Positions 12,993 to 27,800 of a stretch of 64,000 nt of DNA are shown one piece after another. Made by a program: the position numbers and the translations under genes. The notes under the pieces were generated by a model, which was given only the letters and a program-made list of their open reading frames with translations, searched no databases and was not told where the DNA came from. Position 1 is the stretch's first letter. Every line of letters begins with the position of its first letter. The stretch comes from Auanema rhodensis (Eukaryota; Animalia; Nematoda): assembly GCA_964057225.1 (NCBI GenBank), contig OZ059900.1, positions 5,642,001 to 5,706,000 of the forward strand, written 5' to 3'.

Positions 12993-15892
12993 AAGAAAAT
13001 CAATATCAAATCAAGAATCCAAAAAAACGGTCGGATGGACTTGGACTGTGAAAAGTCCTTTTTTTTAACTTTTGAGCTTCGTAACTCAGTTAGAAATTAA
13101 TATTTTTCAATTTTGATTGAACAGTCAAATTGTGGGAGATGAACTCTTTCATCTCACTAAATTTTAATATCCTATTTGGTCTAGTATAGAAGTTATAGCC
13201 TCCTAAAGAGGAGATATAAAGTCAAAAACTTGACTTTGTAACGCTATATCTCCTTAACCATTGAGTTTTTCGAAAATATTTTAGCGGATCTGAACTCTAC
13301 GCAGAAAGATCTTTTAGAAAAGCTACCTACATTGAAGATTGGAGTAGTTTGAAAATTTCGAAAATAGAAAATTCGGCCAATTTCGGGTTTGAGAAATAAA
13401 AATTTTGAGTTTTTCGAAAAGTGAGAGTTGCATCTGATAGAGCTTGAATTGCTGATTTCAAATATAACAAGCAAATTTCTTAATTCTCGCTCTGAAAGGA
13501 GTTATGAGACTTTATATGTTTTGATGTTTTGTATTCAGAAGGCAATATCTAACTTCAGACGGCATTTCAGGAAATTTCAGTTAGCAGAATCGTTTTCTAC
13601 GTGTCTGTTTTACTTGGTCAACTTAGTTTCAAATCATTTTGTTCGAATTTTCAATTTTCGATCAAATGGCCCAAATCCATGTACTACCCCCTTACCTACT
13701 TTTTCATCAAAGTTGACCCTCATCACATGAACTTTTAAGATTTTCACAAGTTTTTTTCTTTAATTATATTTTATAAAAATAAGAATTAAAGATATTAGAA
13801 AAGAATTAATAAATATACTTTGAAAGTTCAAGAAATGCTTGTCTCATCTAACAATCATTCAGATGCTCAACAAATCTTGTTAACCTAAAACTTGTGACTA
13901 TTCCGATTCTCGTGGAACACTGCTTTCATTACAAATCTCTCAAGTTAGAAGTTGTTTCAAATTGGAAATCAACAAAAAACTTGTGATTTTTATTTCTCAG
14001 ACCTTGAGAAAATCTTAAAATTTCATGTGATGATGGTCAACTTTTTTGAAAAAGTAGGTAAGGGGGTAGTACATGGATTTGGACCATTTGATCAAAAATT
14101 GAAAATTCGAACAAAATGATTTGAAACTAAGTTGACCAAGTAAAACAGACACGTAGAAAACGATTCTGCTAACTAAAAATTCCTGAAATGCCGTTCGAAG
14201 TTAGATATTGCCTTCTGAATACAAAACATCAAAACATATAAAGTCTCATAACTCCTTTCAGAGCGAGAATTAAGAAATTTGCTTGTTATATTTGAAATCA
14301 GCAATTCAAGCTCTATCAGATGCAACTCTCACTTTTCGAAAAACTCAAAATTTTTATTTCTCAAACCCGAAATTGGCCGAATTTTCTATTTTCGAAATTT
14401 TCAAACTACTCCAATCTTCAATGTAGGTAGCTTTTCTAAAAGATCTTTCTGCGTAGAGTTCAGATCCGCTAAAATATTTTCGAAAAACTCAATGGTTAAG
14501 GAGATATAGCGTTACAAAGTCAAGTTTTTGACTTTATATCTCCTCTTTAGGAGGCTATAACTTCTATACTAGACCAAATAGGATATTAAAATTTAGTGAG
14601 ATGAAAGAGTTCATCTCCCACAATTTGACTGTTCAATCAAAATTGAAAAATATTAATTTCTAACTGAGTTACGAAGCTCAAAAGTTAAAAAAAAGGACTT
14701 TTCACAGTCCAAGTCCATCCGACCGTTTTTTTGGATTCTTGATTTGATATTGATTTTCTTAAAAAACAGAGAAAGGTATTGAACTCAGTTAGTTAATCTG
14801 TAATCCATACAGGGTACCGTTAGGCCATCCTGCTCATAATAGGTAAGGTCGTTTTGTCAATTTAAAGAGAAAAAGATGTTAAAAATTTCAAAAGTTATCG
14901 TCAGTAATCTGGTTGCAAGCTTCTTCTTGAATTCCATGTTTTTCAAAGTTGGCATCATAAGTCATAGGTTAGATTTCAGTTTTCAGAGATATTTCGAGGT
15001 TCAAGTGGGGAGAGAGATTTAGATTTAGTTATGGTAGATGAAATGAGGATAGAGATTTACAGAGAGAGAAAGATTTTTTGTTTTTATAAATTTCTTAAGG
15101 AGGATTTGAACCAATGAAAGTTTTTCACTTACCTGGAACACATCAACTACACCAACATGTTATACTATTCAATAGAATATTATTAAATGTTTCCGTATTG
15201 AATTATTACATTACTTTTCTTTTGAGTACGTTTTCAGAACTTGTTTTCTTTTATTATTTTATATGGTCAACAAGAAAAATGACAAAAAATTAAAAAAGTG
15301 TGAAATTCTTGTAGTTTGGTCCGTTTCAGAAAAGAATGAAAACAAATTGAATTAGTTTCTTTTTTAACTCAAGGGTTCATTCTCAAAATTTCTCTCAAAA
15401 TCGAAATCTCGTATTTACAGTTATTTTCAAAAAAATTCAAATTTAGTTGGTTGAAAAAATAAATTGTTAAAAAATGAAACAAAAGTCTTCCAATATTTAA
15501 TCTGGAATGAATTATTCGGCAAATATTCAATTGAAACAATGGAAAAAAAGCAAAATTTGGTAATTTAGTAATTTCAATTATAAAATATAAGTTCACATGT
15601 TTTTTTATTTTGAGATAAGATCTTTTTTCTATATTTATATAGCTTTGTCATTCAATTTCAGTTTTTTTGAGACATTGTGTCAATATTTAACCTGCATGAT
15701 GGTTATTGTAACTGTTATTGGCTGTGCTTAAAGTTGGGAAATATTTGATTGTTTTCAACTTTTATTGGTATTTAATTAACATAAAGTATAAGATAATGCT
15801 GACGATCGGAAAAAAATATTTTTCAAAAGAGATTATTTGACAAAAACTCTTCATAAACAAATTCAAATGCTTAAATAATATTGTTAATTTTT

Positions 15893-18800
15893 TTAGACAA
15901 TTCCTCCTGGTCCGGCAAGACGAGTACGACCCATCAAAGATTCGTCAACCTATTAATAATTCAGAAATTAATGAGTTATAAAGTTAGATTTCAATTACCT
16001 GACGTGCAGCTTGCCTTCCTTCATTGATGGCCCAAACAACAAGAGATTGTCCTCTGCGGCAATCACCAGCAGCAAATACCTTAATTTTTGAAAATTTTTC
16101 TATTTCACAAATTATAAAGTATACCTTAGGATGTACTGTGCTATATTTACCCTTCGGTGTTTCAATATTAGATCTTCCGTCTGTTTTAAGTTGTAATTGT
16201 TCGATGACCGTCTGCGATGATCATAAATAATATTGCGAATATACGATCAGTTATACTTACCTTTTCTGGGCCTACGAATCCCATAGCAAGAATAACAAGA
16301 TCACAATCTATGGTTTCTCCAGAGTTTGGTAATTCAATCAACTTCCAGCCACCACTTGCTGTTTTCTCCCACTCTACGTTCACGGTTTGCAGGCCTGTTA
16401 CAATTTTCTGTCCACTTGAGTTCATGGTGGAAACAAATTCCTGAATATCAATAACTTCAAAAAAAACTGAAGCACACACTGACTTTAGTTGAAATGGAAT
16501 AGGTTCTGGGGTCAGATCCTGTTTTTAATTTCATTTCTTCGTGTCCATAATCAACACGGAAAATGAGAGGCCACTCAGGCCATGGATTCTCTGTTTTTCT
16601 GCCAGTTCCGGGTTGTGGAAGAATTTCAAAAGCGCGAACTGATTTGGCTCCCTACATATGATAAAACATTACAATTATTTAACTAAGTTAGTGGTTTACC
16701 AGGCGAAGACTTGTAGCAATACAATCAGTAGCTGTATCACCTCCACCAAGAATAACTACCCGCTTATCTTTGGGGTCAAGACCTTCCCAAGGAAGTTGTT
16801 CCCCAGCTTGTTTTCTCTGACACTTTTCCAAGAACTCCATTGCGAAATAGATACCTTTAGCATCCCGACCGTTAACGGTGAGATCTCGAGGTGTGGTGGA
16901 ACCTGTGCAAACGAGAACAGCATCGTTCTCCTAAACAATGCATAAAAATAAGTTACATTGTTGTGCAATTATTAACCTTAAGTAGGAAATCGGCAGGAAG
17001 ATGTTTACCAATTTCAGTGTTTGTTAAAAATCGAACTCCTTCTTGCTCCAAAAGTTTCACACGACGATCAACAACAAATTTGTCCAATTTCATTGTGGGA
17101 ATACCATATCTATTGAATAATACTGTTCCCTGATAAAAGTTTTCTCACATACCTTAGTAAACCTCCAATTTGATTTTTTCGCTCATATACAACGATTGTG
17201 TGTCCTGCTTTGTTTAATTGAGCAGCAGCAGCCAAACCAGATGGTCCTGATCCGATAATAGCTATGCGTTTTCCCGTACGCTCAATTGCTGTGTTAGGCT
17301 TGATCCATCCGCGCATAAAGGCATAATCAATGATTGCACATTCAATTGATTTGATTGTTACTGCTTGAGATCCTATTCCAAGAGTACATGCACCCTAAAG
17401 CATAGTTATTGATTGACAAGTTCAGGACAAGTTTTGAAATCAGTAAACATACTTCACAAGGAGCAGGACACACACGGCCTGTAAATTCAGGAAAGTTATT
17501 GGTTTGTAACAGTTGCTCCAAAGCTTGTCTCCAATTTTTTTTGTATACACAATCATTCCATTTTGGAATAATATTTCCTAGAGGACAACCTGTATGACCT
17601 TGACAGAATGGTACACCACAATCCATGCATCTGTAATCGAATATTAATATGATTCTAACATATAAATAGTTACCTAGCAGCTTGTTCACGAATATTACTG
17701 CGAACAGCCTCGAAATCATAGACCTCATCCCAATCCTTGAGGCGCATTTCAGGATCACGATAAAGTTTCTTTTGTCTCTGGTATTTTACAAAACCGCGGA
17801 CTTTGTCATAATTTTGTTCTTGGTTTTTCAGGTGTGGTGGTAACGCTAAGTTCTCAATATCAAGTCCCATTTTTTGATTGAACTAGAAAATTAAAGGTAT
17901 GTTTAAGAAACTTTTCAATACACACATCCTGCTCTTCATCCTCGCTAATGTTTTCCTCTTCGTCGATATCTTCGTTTTCAGCCATATCAACAGCATCTAT
18001 TTCCGCATCAAATCCAACACTATCTTGTGGTCTTGGATGAGAGCGCACTGTGCGTAAGCTCTTCTGAACATAATAAAACACCATGCATGTTATTTAACAA
18101 CAAATACCTTCTTTTGACGAATTGGAGATAATTTAGTTCTATATCGTGATGATGGAGCTATTTGCATATCCATTGATAAACGACGTGTACGTGTAGGACT
18201 TGGAATGCCCTAAAATGATAAATACAATATGATTGAAAAAGTTTGAAATGCATACCTCTTTGGATTCATTTAATTGGGCTTTCTTTTCTTCTTCTACTAG
18301 GATACGTTTGTAATCAGTGGGGAACACTTTTACAACTTTAGTTTTGAAAGTATCCCAATTAGAAAGAATACGCTGTCCAAGTTCAGATTCAGTCAATTTT
18401 ACAAATTCTTCAATTTTGGAATAAACGAAATCTAAATCTTTGGCTGTTGGTTGATCCAAGTCTACTGTTGCTGAATTAATTCGGCGTGCAATATTCTCAT
18501 CTCTTAAACAATTAAGAATAATTTTTTTCTGTGAACAACCATAATAAACTAACTGTTTGAACAAATAAGCAATTCCACCACTCATTCCTGCGGCGAAGTT
18601 CTTTCCGATGGGGCCAAGAATAATTACACGTCCTCCAGTCATATATTCACAACCATGATCACCTACAGCTTCTACGACAGCTTGGCAACCAGAATTACGA
18701 ACAGCAAAACGTTCTCCAGCAACTCCACGGAACCATACTTCTCCTGATGTAGCTCCATATAATGCTACATTGCCAATGATTGAGTTTTCTTCTGACTTGA

Positions 18801-21800
18801 AAAGAGCTCCAGTCGAAGGACGGATAATAATACAACCACCAGAAAGCCCCTAAAAAGTATATGAAATATCCCACATCATGCTCGGAAAAACAACCTTTCC
18901 AACATAGTCGTTAGCATCTCCTTCTAATCGCACAGTTACTCCCTTAGCTAAGAAAGCACAAAATGATTGTCCTGCTGATCCATTAAGCTCAATAGTTATT
19001 GAACGGTTACCGGATAATCCTTCTTCATCGTAACGACGAGAAATCTATATAAAATTTTCAAAAATCTAAAGTCTTGTTAGTCACACCTCATAACTAATTC
19101 GAGCACCAAAAGCGCGATCAATATTTGTAATTGTTTTATTTGCAAACACTTTATGTTCTCCTTGTTCACTGAATACTCCATCTAAATTTTGAAGCAGTTC
19201 AGTTTCCAAAGGGCCCAGCTCTATTGTCTGAATAGAAAAATCATGTTATAATTCTCAGAAAATTATACGTAATTATCATTACGAATAAACATACCTGCTT
19301 AACACTTCCTCCTTTGGTAGAAACATCAGGGAAGAGGTGGCGAATATTTTTCAAAATTGAACCAAACTCGAGCATTGTTGCCTTTTTATTCACAGGGTTA
19401 GGATTAGCATACAAAAGATCTGTACGTCCAATTGCTTCATCCAATTTACGAAGTCCTAGTTTTGATAAGAAATACCGAACTTCTTCAGCAACCATGAACA
19501 TATAATTAACAACATGTTCTGGTTTGCCTTCAAATTTAGCACGGAGGACAGGATCCTGAGCATGAAGTTATAAAACCAGAGAACAAAACAAGTACCAAAC
19601 CTGGGTAGCAATTCCTACAGGACACGTATTTAAATGACATTTACGCATCATAATGCATCCCAACACAATCAGTGGAGCTGTGGACATTCCGAACTCATCA
19701 GCACCCAGCAAAGCAGCAATCATAACATCACGACCTAACAAGATGTTTGAAATTATTTCAGATAATATTAGGCATACCAGTTCGAATTTGACCATCAGCT
19801 TGTAATACAACTCGACTTCTCAGATTATTCATTGTAAGAACTTGATGAGTTTCAGCTACGCCTAATTCCCATGGTAGACCAGCGTGCTTAATTCCAGTCC
19901 AACTATAATAAAGCTGGTAATAAAGCTAAATACTTCATAAGCAACCTTGAAGCTCCAGTACCACCATCATGACCGGAGACGGTAATATGATCAGCATTTC
20001 CTTTTGCAACACCAGACGCAATAATACCAACTCCAGCTTCTGATACTAGTTTGACACTAACACGTGCTCGGGGGTTTGCACATTTCAAATCATAAATTAA
20101 CTGAAGTATAACATTAATAGAAATAAATTAAGAATGGAATACCTGAGCCAAATCTTCAATACTATAAATATCGTGATGAGGAGGTGGTGAAATCAAACCA
20201 ACACCAGCTGTTGATTTACGCGTCGAAGCAATATCAGGAGTAACTTTAAAACCAGGCAATTCACCACCCTCACCCGGCTTAGCACCTACAGATTTTAATA
20301 TAAATTCATAATGCTTCAGTTAAAATATACCTTGCGCCATCTTGATTTGTAATTCATCTGCGTTAGCCAAATATGAAGAAGTTACACCAAACCGAGCAGA
20401 CGCAACTTGTTTAATTGCAGAGCGTAAATTTTGGTTGGGATCTTGATTTTTGGCATATCTTTCAGGCTTTTCTCCTCCTTCTCCTGTGTTTGATTTTGCT
20501 CCTATGCGATTCATGGCAATTGCCAATGTGGTATGTGTCTCCCATGAAATAGATCCAAATGACATAGCACCTATATAATTTTATTATTAAAGATTGAGCG
20601 GGATGAAACAAACCCGTCACAAATCGTTTCACGATTTCACTTGCTGGCTCAACTTCCTCAATTGGAATTTGAATTTTATTACTAGTTTTGATCTCTAATT
20701 GTCCTCTCAACGAGCACATACGTTGAGCCAAATTTGATACTTCGGAATACTCGTGGAATGTTTTTGAGTTATTTTGACGCGTAGCAGCCTTAAAATTCCC
20801 GAGTAAAAACAATATAATTCGAAAATAGTAATTACCTGCAGTTTAGCAACCGCTTCAGGTTCATTGATGTGTTTTTCGCCTCCAGCTCTCCAGTGGTAAG
20901 TTCCGGTTGCTACCAATGTTCGAGAATCGCCTGTTGTTGTGTAAAAATTAAGTCACACTTCTGTCAGTATTTATTACCAGTCAGATGATTTCCTACAATA
21001 GCTGGATAGGAAGTTCGATGCCGCTTCAAGGCTTCACCAGCCAAAATTTCAAAAGTCGCACCGCCGAGACGAGAGACAGTGTTTTTGAAGCACATTTCAA
21101 CAACTTCTTGAGCCAAGCCGACAACTTCGAATATTTGAGCATGCTATAATAAATGCATATATACGAGAAGTCTGACAATTGACTGACTTTGTACGAGTGC
21201 AGAGTACTGATTCCCATTTTGGCCATAACCTTCAAGATACCGCGTTCTACTCCTTGGCGATATCCTTGGAAAACAAGATCATCATTCAATTCAGAATCGA
21301 CAAGCCCAAGATTTCTCAAACGATGCATAGTCTCAAAAACAACATAAGGGCAGATGGCATCGGCTCCAAAGCCGAGTAATACGCAAAGATCATGAACAAC
21401 GCGTGCTTCACCGGTTTCAACAAAAATAGCAACCTAAATGAAATAAATGCGGAGAATGGAAATAAAATAATCAAATAATGTACTTTGATACGTAAACGAT
21501 GTCTAATGAGGCATTGATGAATGGCTCCAACAGCCAGCAATGAAGGAATTGGGACATTTTCCTGCAATAAAATGTTTAATGCGAATTTTATTTATTAATT
21601 TTGAAGAAAAGAAAATATTCTTTTCAAATATATTGCAAACTCACCTGGTTAGCATTACGATCTGACAGCACAATTATGGGATAGCCATCAAGGGCAGCAG
21701 TGCATGCTTCGCAACAAATTCGATCTAAGCCTGGCATTAATCCTGCAAAATAGTTATTTTTGAATAATGCATCAAGTAATGCGTTAGGATACAAATGCAC

Positions 21801-24800
21801 TACCTTTTACACCATATCTCACAGGAAACGTGATATCAATCACTTTACTTTTCCATCCTCTATACATAGTTCTCTTGATTGTCTAAAACAAACGTTAAAT
21901 GTTACTTTAAATTGTTTAATATGTTCCTAAGCATTTCATACTATCTCAGATATCTTGATATTATATTCGATTCATCAAGATAAATTATTCTTATGTATTC
22001 ATACAATCCTACTTCACGGCTTTTTTTTTAAATCTGATTGACTGAATGCTTTACTTCTCTTCATTTCTATTTCTATCTCTCGCTCTTTCTTTATTTTCGT
22101 CACGTTATATTTTTATATCAACTAATTTATCTTAAATATTGTGAAAAAAACTGTTCAAAACTAATTAGCTTCTGAAGAAAACATTATAATACTTGAAAAT
22201 TCCCAACAGATTTTCAAATTTTTCAAAATTCATTTATTTTCTTGGCTATTAAATTTTTTGGCTATTGTCTAAACAGACGCAACAACCACGCTAAAAAAAT
22301 ATTGTGGCCTCTCAGTTTTCAATCTTTTCAAGAAAAAAACAATAGAGCATAAGAGAATATTGCTTTTCTTGCATACGATTCGTACTTTAAATAGCAAGCA
22401 TATCAAAATGCACATATCCAACAAATCTGTACTTTGGCAACTTGATGTATAATTATATCTTTACGAAATGAGAAAAATGAAAAATATTTTTTAGACTTAT
22501 TCCTCATTATCTCTAATATATCTCAAACTACACATATTATCTTATAAATATCTTATATTCCTATTATCTACTTATTTGCGATTGAACTAGAGTTTGCTGA
22601 ATATTTCCTTGAGCAACCATTACAAGTAAAATGGGCTAGCTAGAAGGGTGATTTTTCTTTTGTTTTATTTTTTTTCATAAAGAACAGCATTATTTGCAAT
22701 TTTTTTCAAAAGCATTCAGTATCTTGTTTCTTACAATAACATATTTCTGTCAATGATATCTTGTTCATTGGATTTTTTTTGTTTTTTTTTTGTTTTCATT
22801 ACAAGAATCTCTCATGATCCTGTTACTCACGTGCTCTTATTCATCCTATAACGCGTGTTCTCATCCTTTTTTTGCAAAAGCCTTGCCGTTTATTTTTTTC
22901 TCTAGCCGTCTGGTTTCTTTCTTATCTAATAGTTTCTTTAAATCCTTTATGTCAATAAAACTATAAAATAAAATTATTTTTTATTCTTTTCACTACCCTA
23001 CATTCTATCCGTTCTCATCCTCATTTTTCTATTTTGCCTTTTTTCCTTTTTCGCGTTAAGTAATTTACTTTTCTTGTGTTCAAAATACATTTTCTATTTC
23101 TTCTTCGAAATCTCTGACTAGCACGAACATTTTGTTTTACTTCCACAAATCGTACCCCTATCTTTTTAATGAAATTGAAAAAATTACCATCATATCCAAC
23201 AATGAAAGCACAGGCTGCTCTAAAATCAAACGGCTATCCATAGCACGCTCAGCATCCAAAATATTGGATTCTGGTCCGACCGGACATCTCAATGACATAA
23301 CAATTTGCTCACGGAATGGGTCAATAGGTGGATTGGTGACCTGAAAAAACAACACTATCATTTAAAAGAGCCGCTTTTTTACAAATAAGCGAATACAAGC
23401 TGTTTTTTTTATTTACACGCCTGACATACAATCTGTTTTCGATTCAACACTGTTTCGTACAATTTTTCCCAGGATACCCCATCAGTTCCTCACTTTATCT
23501 CCATAGCTTTAAATTTTTTCCGTAGAACATATAAGCATAAGATAGACTCAAATTTAGTCTGAAGAGAAGCTAATACTAATTAGAATATATATTTTAACCT
23601 CTTTCTTACTTATGTGAACTACATAACCCTTATGTTATTTTCTGTTTCCCACATATATTAGTTGTCCAGAGACTAATTAAATACGAACGCTCACAAGCGT
23701 ATCTTTTAAATCTTGTGATTTAGCTACGTCATATGGATATAGACAAGATAATATATGATTTCTCTGTACTTTTCAGTTGTATAATAAGGTCAGCAACTCA
23801 CTGCTTGTCTAAACTCTTTCTGACTTGCTCTTTTTGCACTCTACCAGTTTTTGTTTGGTGACTGATGTTGTCAAATGTCGTAAACTCATACTCATTCATC
23901 GCAAATATTTTTTATTTTCTTATGCGAGAAAATAAAACAAGCGCTGGCTTATTGAAACAAAAATCTTCAGAGCATTTTTTTGACGTCACCACCTACGCGT
24001 TGGCTACATAGTCACCCTAATTTTAATGTTTCCTTTTCTATGTTTTCATCTTACTCAAACCATTCTAATACGTGTTGTCATGGAACACTCTTGGCTTATT
24101 GAAAATTGAGAAAAAAAGAGTGTATAACAACGAAGAGAGCCATTATTCTCACTAGGAACTATAGTTAGCGAGTTCTAATAAGTTGGAATGTCCATTCTAG
24201 AACTTTCCAAAAAAGTCTTCCAGCTATTCTTCAGCATTTCAGCTTTCGTTCAACAAAAAACTCAAGAAAAAATATATAGGGAGAAGAATAATGCGATCTG
24301 GACTTGCATTGTATTAGATACACTTCACTTCGTAATTGCTAACAATTTTCTGTGATTGATGACAAACTAGGACGCTTCTCGCGAAGAAAACAGAGGCGGA
24401 GCTAGAAAAGTAACGAAATTCCTCCAATTCTCTTAGAAACGGTACTATATCAAATAAATAGCGCTGCAAAACCACTAAAAAAACATACTTCCGTACATAT
24501 TTTATCTCCTCTCTCAAAAATCTTATTCAATTGTTCCCTTCTCCTTCATGCAGTCATATGGCACACATATTTTCATTGAAAAAATGAACAACGTTAATTC
24601 TTATTTGACAAATCTTATATACAGCAAAACAATAACTCATTGCTATTAATTCTATACATAATTAAAGTCAGAGAGTTATTATTTCCAGATTTGCCACAAA
24701 TGTCCTGCTTGGCTATCTCATTTGTTAGTTACCGATATTTCAGACGTAAATATACAAAGCTATGGAAGCTATTTAATCTCTTTTCTCCACATTCGTATCT

Positions 24801-27800
24801 TATAATGAGGAAATAATTTGAATATTCTAAGGACCTTACTAAAGCTGTCCAAGCTGACAGATAGTGATTAGACTACTCAAAGCATCTTAACGTCACGTCA
24901 AATTCTTGCTACGTTTATCCTCAGGCTGTAGGCGCATCGTAATATTTAATTTATTTATTTTATAAAGAGGAACTGGATTTGATTTAGCGTGTGATTTCTT
25001 TTCTTATCCATTTTTTTATGATTGTATTCTCGAACGTCTTTTTTTGAATGTTCCAGCCTTTTGTCACTAACACATTCAAATATAATTTTTAGACTTAGCA
25101 ATACGAAGAAACAAGATGAAAAGTCATACATTACTTCATTGTAATTATGACAGCTTCTCTTCTTCCCGAAAATGTTGCAATACAGAGAGTGTGGAGAGAT
25201 CAAAGAATTTTAAGCATCCTGATGATGAAGCTGGTCGTTTTAGCGTTTCGTGTATCTATCTAATTAGTTCTAACTCTAGCAACTCAAAACAAGTAGTCTG
25301 ATGACGAAATATAAGACGCTTCCCTTCTACGCCTCCACACTGTCGCTAATGCTGTTAATTGACACAATCAGTATATCTTATTACCTAGTTTTAAACTTCC
25401 TCACTAATCTTATCTTCACTTCTCTACATGTTCGAATCTTTATGTCTTTTTCGTTTTCTTACTTTTTCTGAGTGACAGTCTGCTCACAATCATAATAAGT
25501 TAATAAATAATGGGTGGCCGTGATTAAAGGCCATTTGAAAGCAGATATGTTTTTGGTTACATTTCCCAGTCTTTATTCTTTTTATTAGCTTTCAATTTTA
25601 AATAAAGACATGTCAAAAAGAAATTTCTGAAATTGTTACAAGACCCCCTTAGAACTTTTAGAACTAAACTTCTCCCAACTTAACTTCTCTCTTGTCTACA
25701 CTATGTTCCATTATCACGCTATTCCATTTGAACACTTTGTATTAAAGTACCGTACCTGAGCGAAAAGCTGTTGGAAGTAAGAGAACAGCAGAGGACTGAA
25801 GTCCGATAAGCACGCCAGAGCCGCATCATTTCCCATAGAACCGAGAGCTTCTTTTCTGAAATGCGACCAAAATTTAATTATACCAACTTTTTTGCATATA
25901 TCAGCTTTTCAGAAACTTTTTTTATTATTTCTGAACTTCAGTATCGACGTAAGTCAATCACAATTGTAATTTTCAGTAGTTGTATCTTCAAAATTACTTC
26001 ATGCAATTTTGCTCAAAATGAATATGACTGACTGACATTTTTCAACTTTTGTGAATAATTTGCTATAAATGAAATATTTTATGTAATTCATCTAATCTTC
26101 CTTATCGGTATTAGTTTTTAACAATAACCGAAAACTTTTGGTGAGGCTAAAGAATTTTCTTCAGGATAGATGCCAAAATCTCTCAAATTTCTATCCATCT
26201 TCCCTAGTATGCTCCTAATTGAAGAAACAGGCGACGCGTTAACGATGACGTCGTGAGTGTAATGAAAAAGCAAACTAAAGGGAAACTAAGTGAGAATGCG
26301 TTGGTAGATTCATACATGTTGTTTCTGATTCCTAACAGAACTTAAAACGGATGATGGAATAAATTTCCTTTAGCTAGTCTAATAACAAAATAAGAGAAAG
26401 CAATATAAACTAAGTTTAGTTTTCTTAACTCGGTAAAGTGAATAAGAAGATGTTGGTTATCAGAAAATACGCATAGCTTCAGGAGATCAAAAATTTTTTA
26501 AAAATTGGTTAAACCTTCATATTTTGTTAGACACTAGCGACATTTTGATGTACTAATTTATTTTTTTCTAATATAGCATATGAATTTTTTTCTTAAAAAA
26601 TAGCAGCGCATTGTCTAGACCTAATTCAATTTAGACATTTTCTTACAGCTGGGTTAAACGCCTTTCGCAATTATTGTCAATATGGTTGTTTTGGTTAGAC
26701 CAAGTATATCATATTGGCTCAGTCAATATGTGTTCTTTCTTTTACTTATTTTTTACAATTAAACTTACTTTTCTTTAATCATTGGAACCAAGAGTAATGA
26801 AAATGTATCATGTGTGTAGCCATAAAGTGATAATCTTCGGTCTGAATCCAGAGAGTGCTCACTTGCTTTGCATGAAAGTCCCAAGTTATCAAGTGAACAT
26901 TTGATAAGAAACTCATTAGTACAAGCTCCATGAGATAACTTAAATATTAAAATTAGAAAAATATAAATTAAGCTAATATAACAATTGTTATGTAAATTCA
27001 ACTTTTCTCAATTTCACACAAAATAAAACATTACAAAACAAATATAATTTAAAGTTGCGGATGACTTCATCTTCTTCCGGATTTCAGAACATTTTTTATT
27101 TTTTTATAAATGAACTTTTTTGTTTTTGTAAATATATATATATATTGAACATTATTGTTATTAGCACATAGATTATTATTCTTGAAAGACAAGAAAATTA
27201 ATTTATTTCTCTTTTTTTTTCTCAGACTTATGCCCTCATTTTTTTAACTCACTTTCCCTTTCACTCTTTTTTTATTTTTCTTCATTTACTATAATGAGGG
27301 TCATATATTTCCTTATTGAATACATCATACATCATTAAGCTCATTATGTTTTCTTTCTCACAAAAAAAATATATTTTTCTGTTATTCTTACGAAATAAGA
27401 CTTACAATATCGTCTTTGCGCAGTTGATCCAAATGGATACGTGGACCGGTCAGCTTGCGATGATCACGAGAAAGAGCAATTCGTTTCTTGAGATCTTTGT
27501 CTTGTTCAATAATTCCTCGATTCGTATCAACCAAAAGCATACGTCCTGGTTTCAAACGATCCTGAAAATAACTCATTATTTTTTAAATGAAAATATTATT
27601 CTTTATGCTATTTAAAATTTTATCTTTGTGTTTATTAGTTATTTCAGTCTAAACTAATTATATTTATTTTTGACAGTTTGATAACTACATTTGAAGTATA
27701 ACTATACCCACAATGAACGGCATCTCTGTCATTTTAATAATTGCTATTTTGAAACTCATGGTTAGTCATATTATATTGAATTAGAAACAAAAAAATATAC

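Larger units (their letters stand above)
12561..15192. mobile_element. Foldback / long-TIR non-autonomous element: ~1190-bp inverted arms (12561-13750, 14003-15192) around a ~250-bp spacer
   Basis: The arms are near-perfect reverse complements (coordinates sum to 27753; ORF 13244-13474 mirrors 14279-14509). No coding capacity and no clear TSD. Confidence 0.92.

Noticed and set aside
13244-14509. Mirrored ORFs in the foldback arms (also 48294-48500, 49429-49740, 50210-50461 and their mirrors)
   Set aside because: No domain similarity. The duplication just reflects the inverted repeats, and one ORF overlaps the 5S gene.
25298-25318. CTGATGACGAAA hammerhead-like core
   Set aside because: No stem II and no valid stem I.
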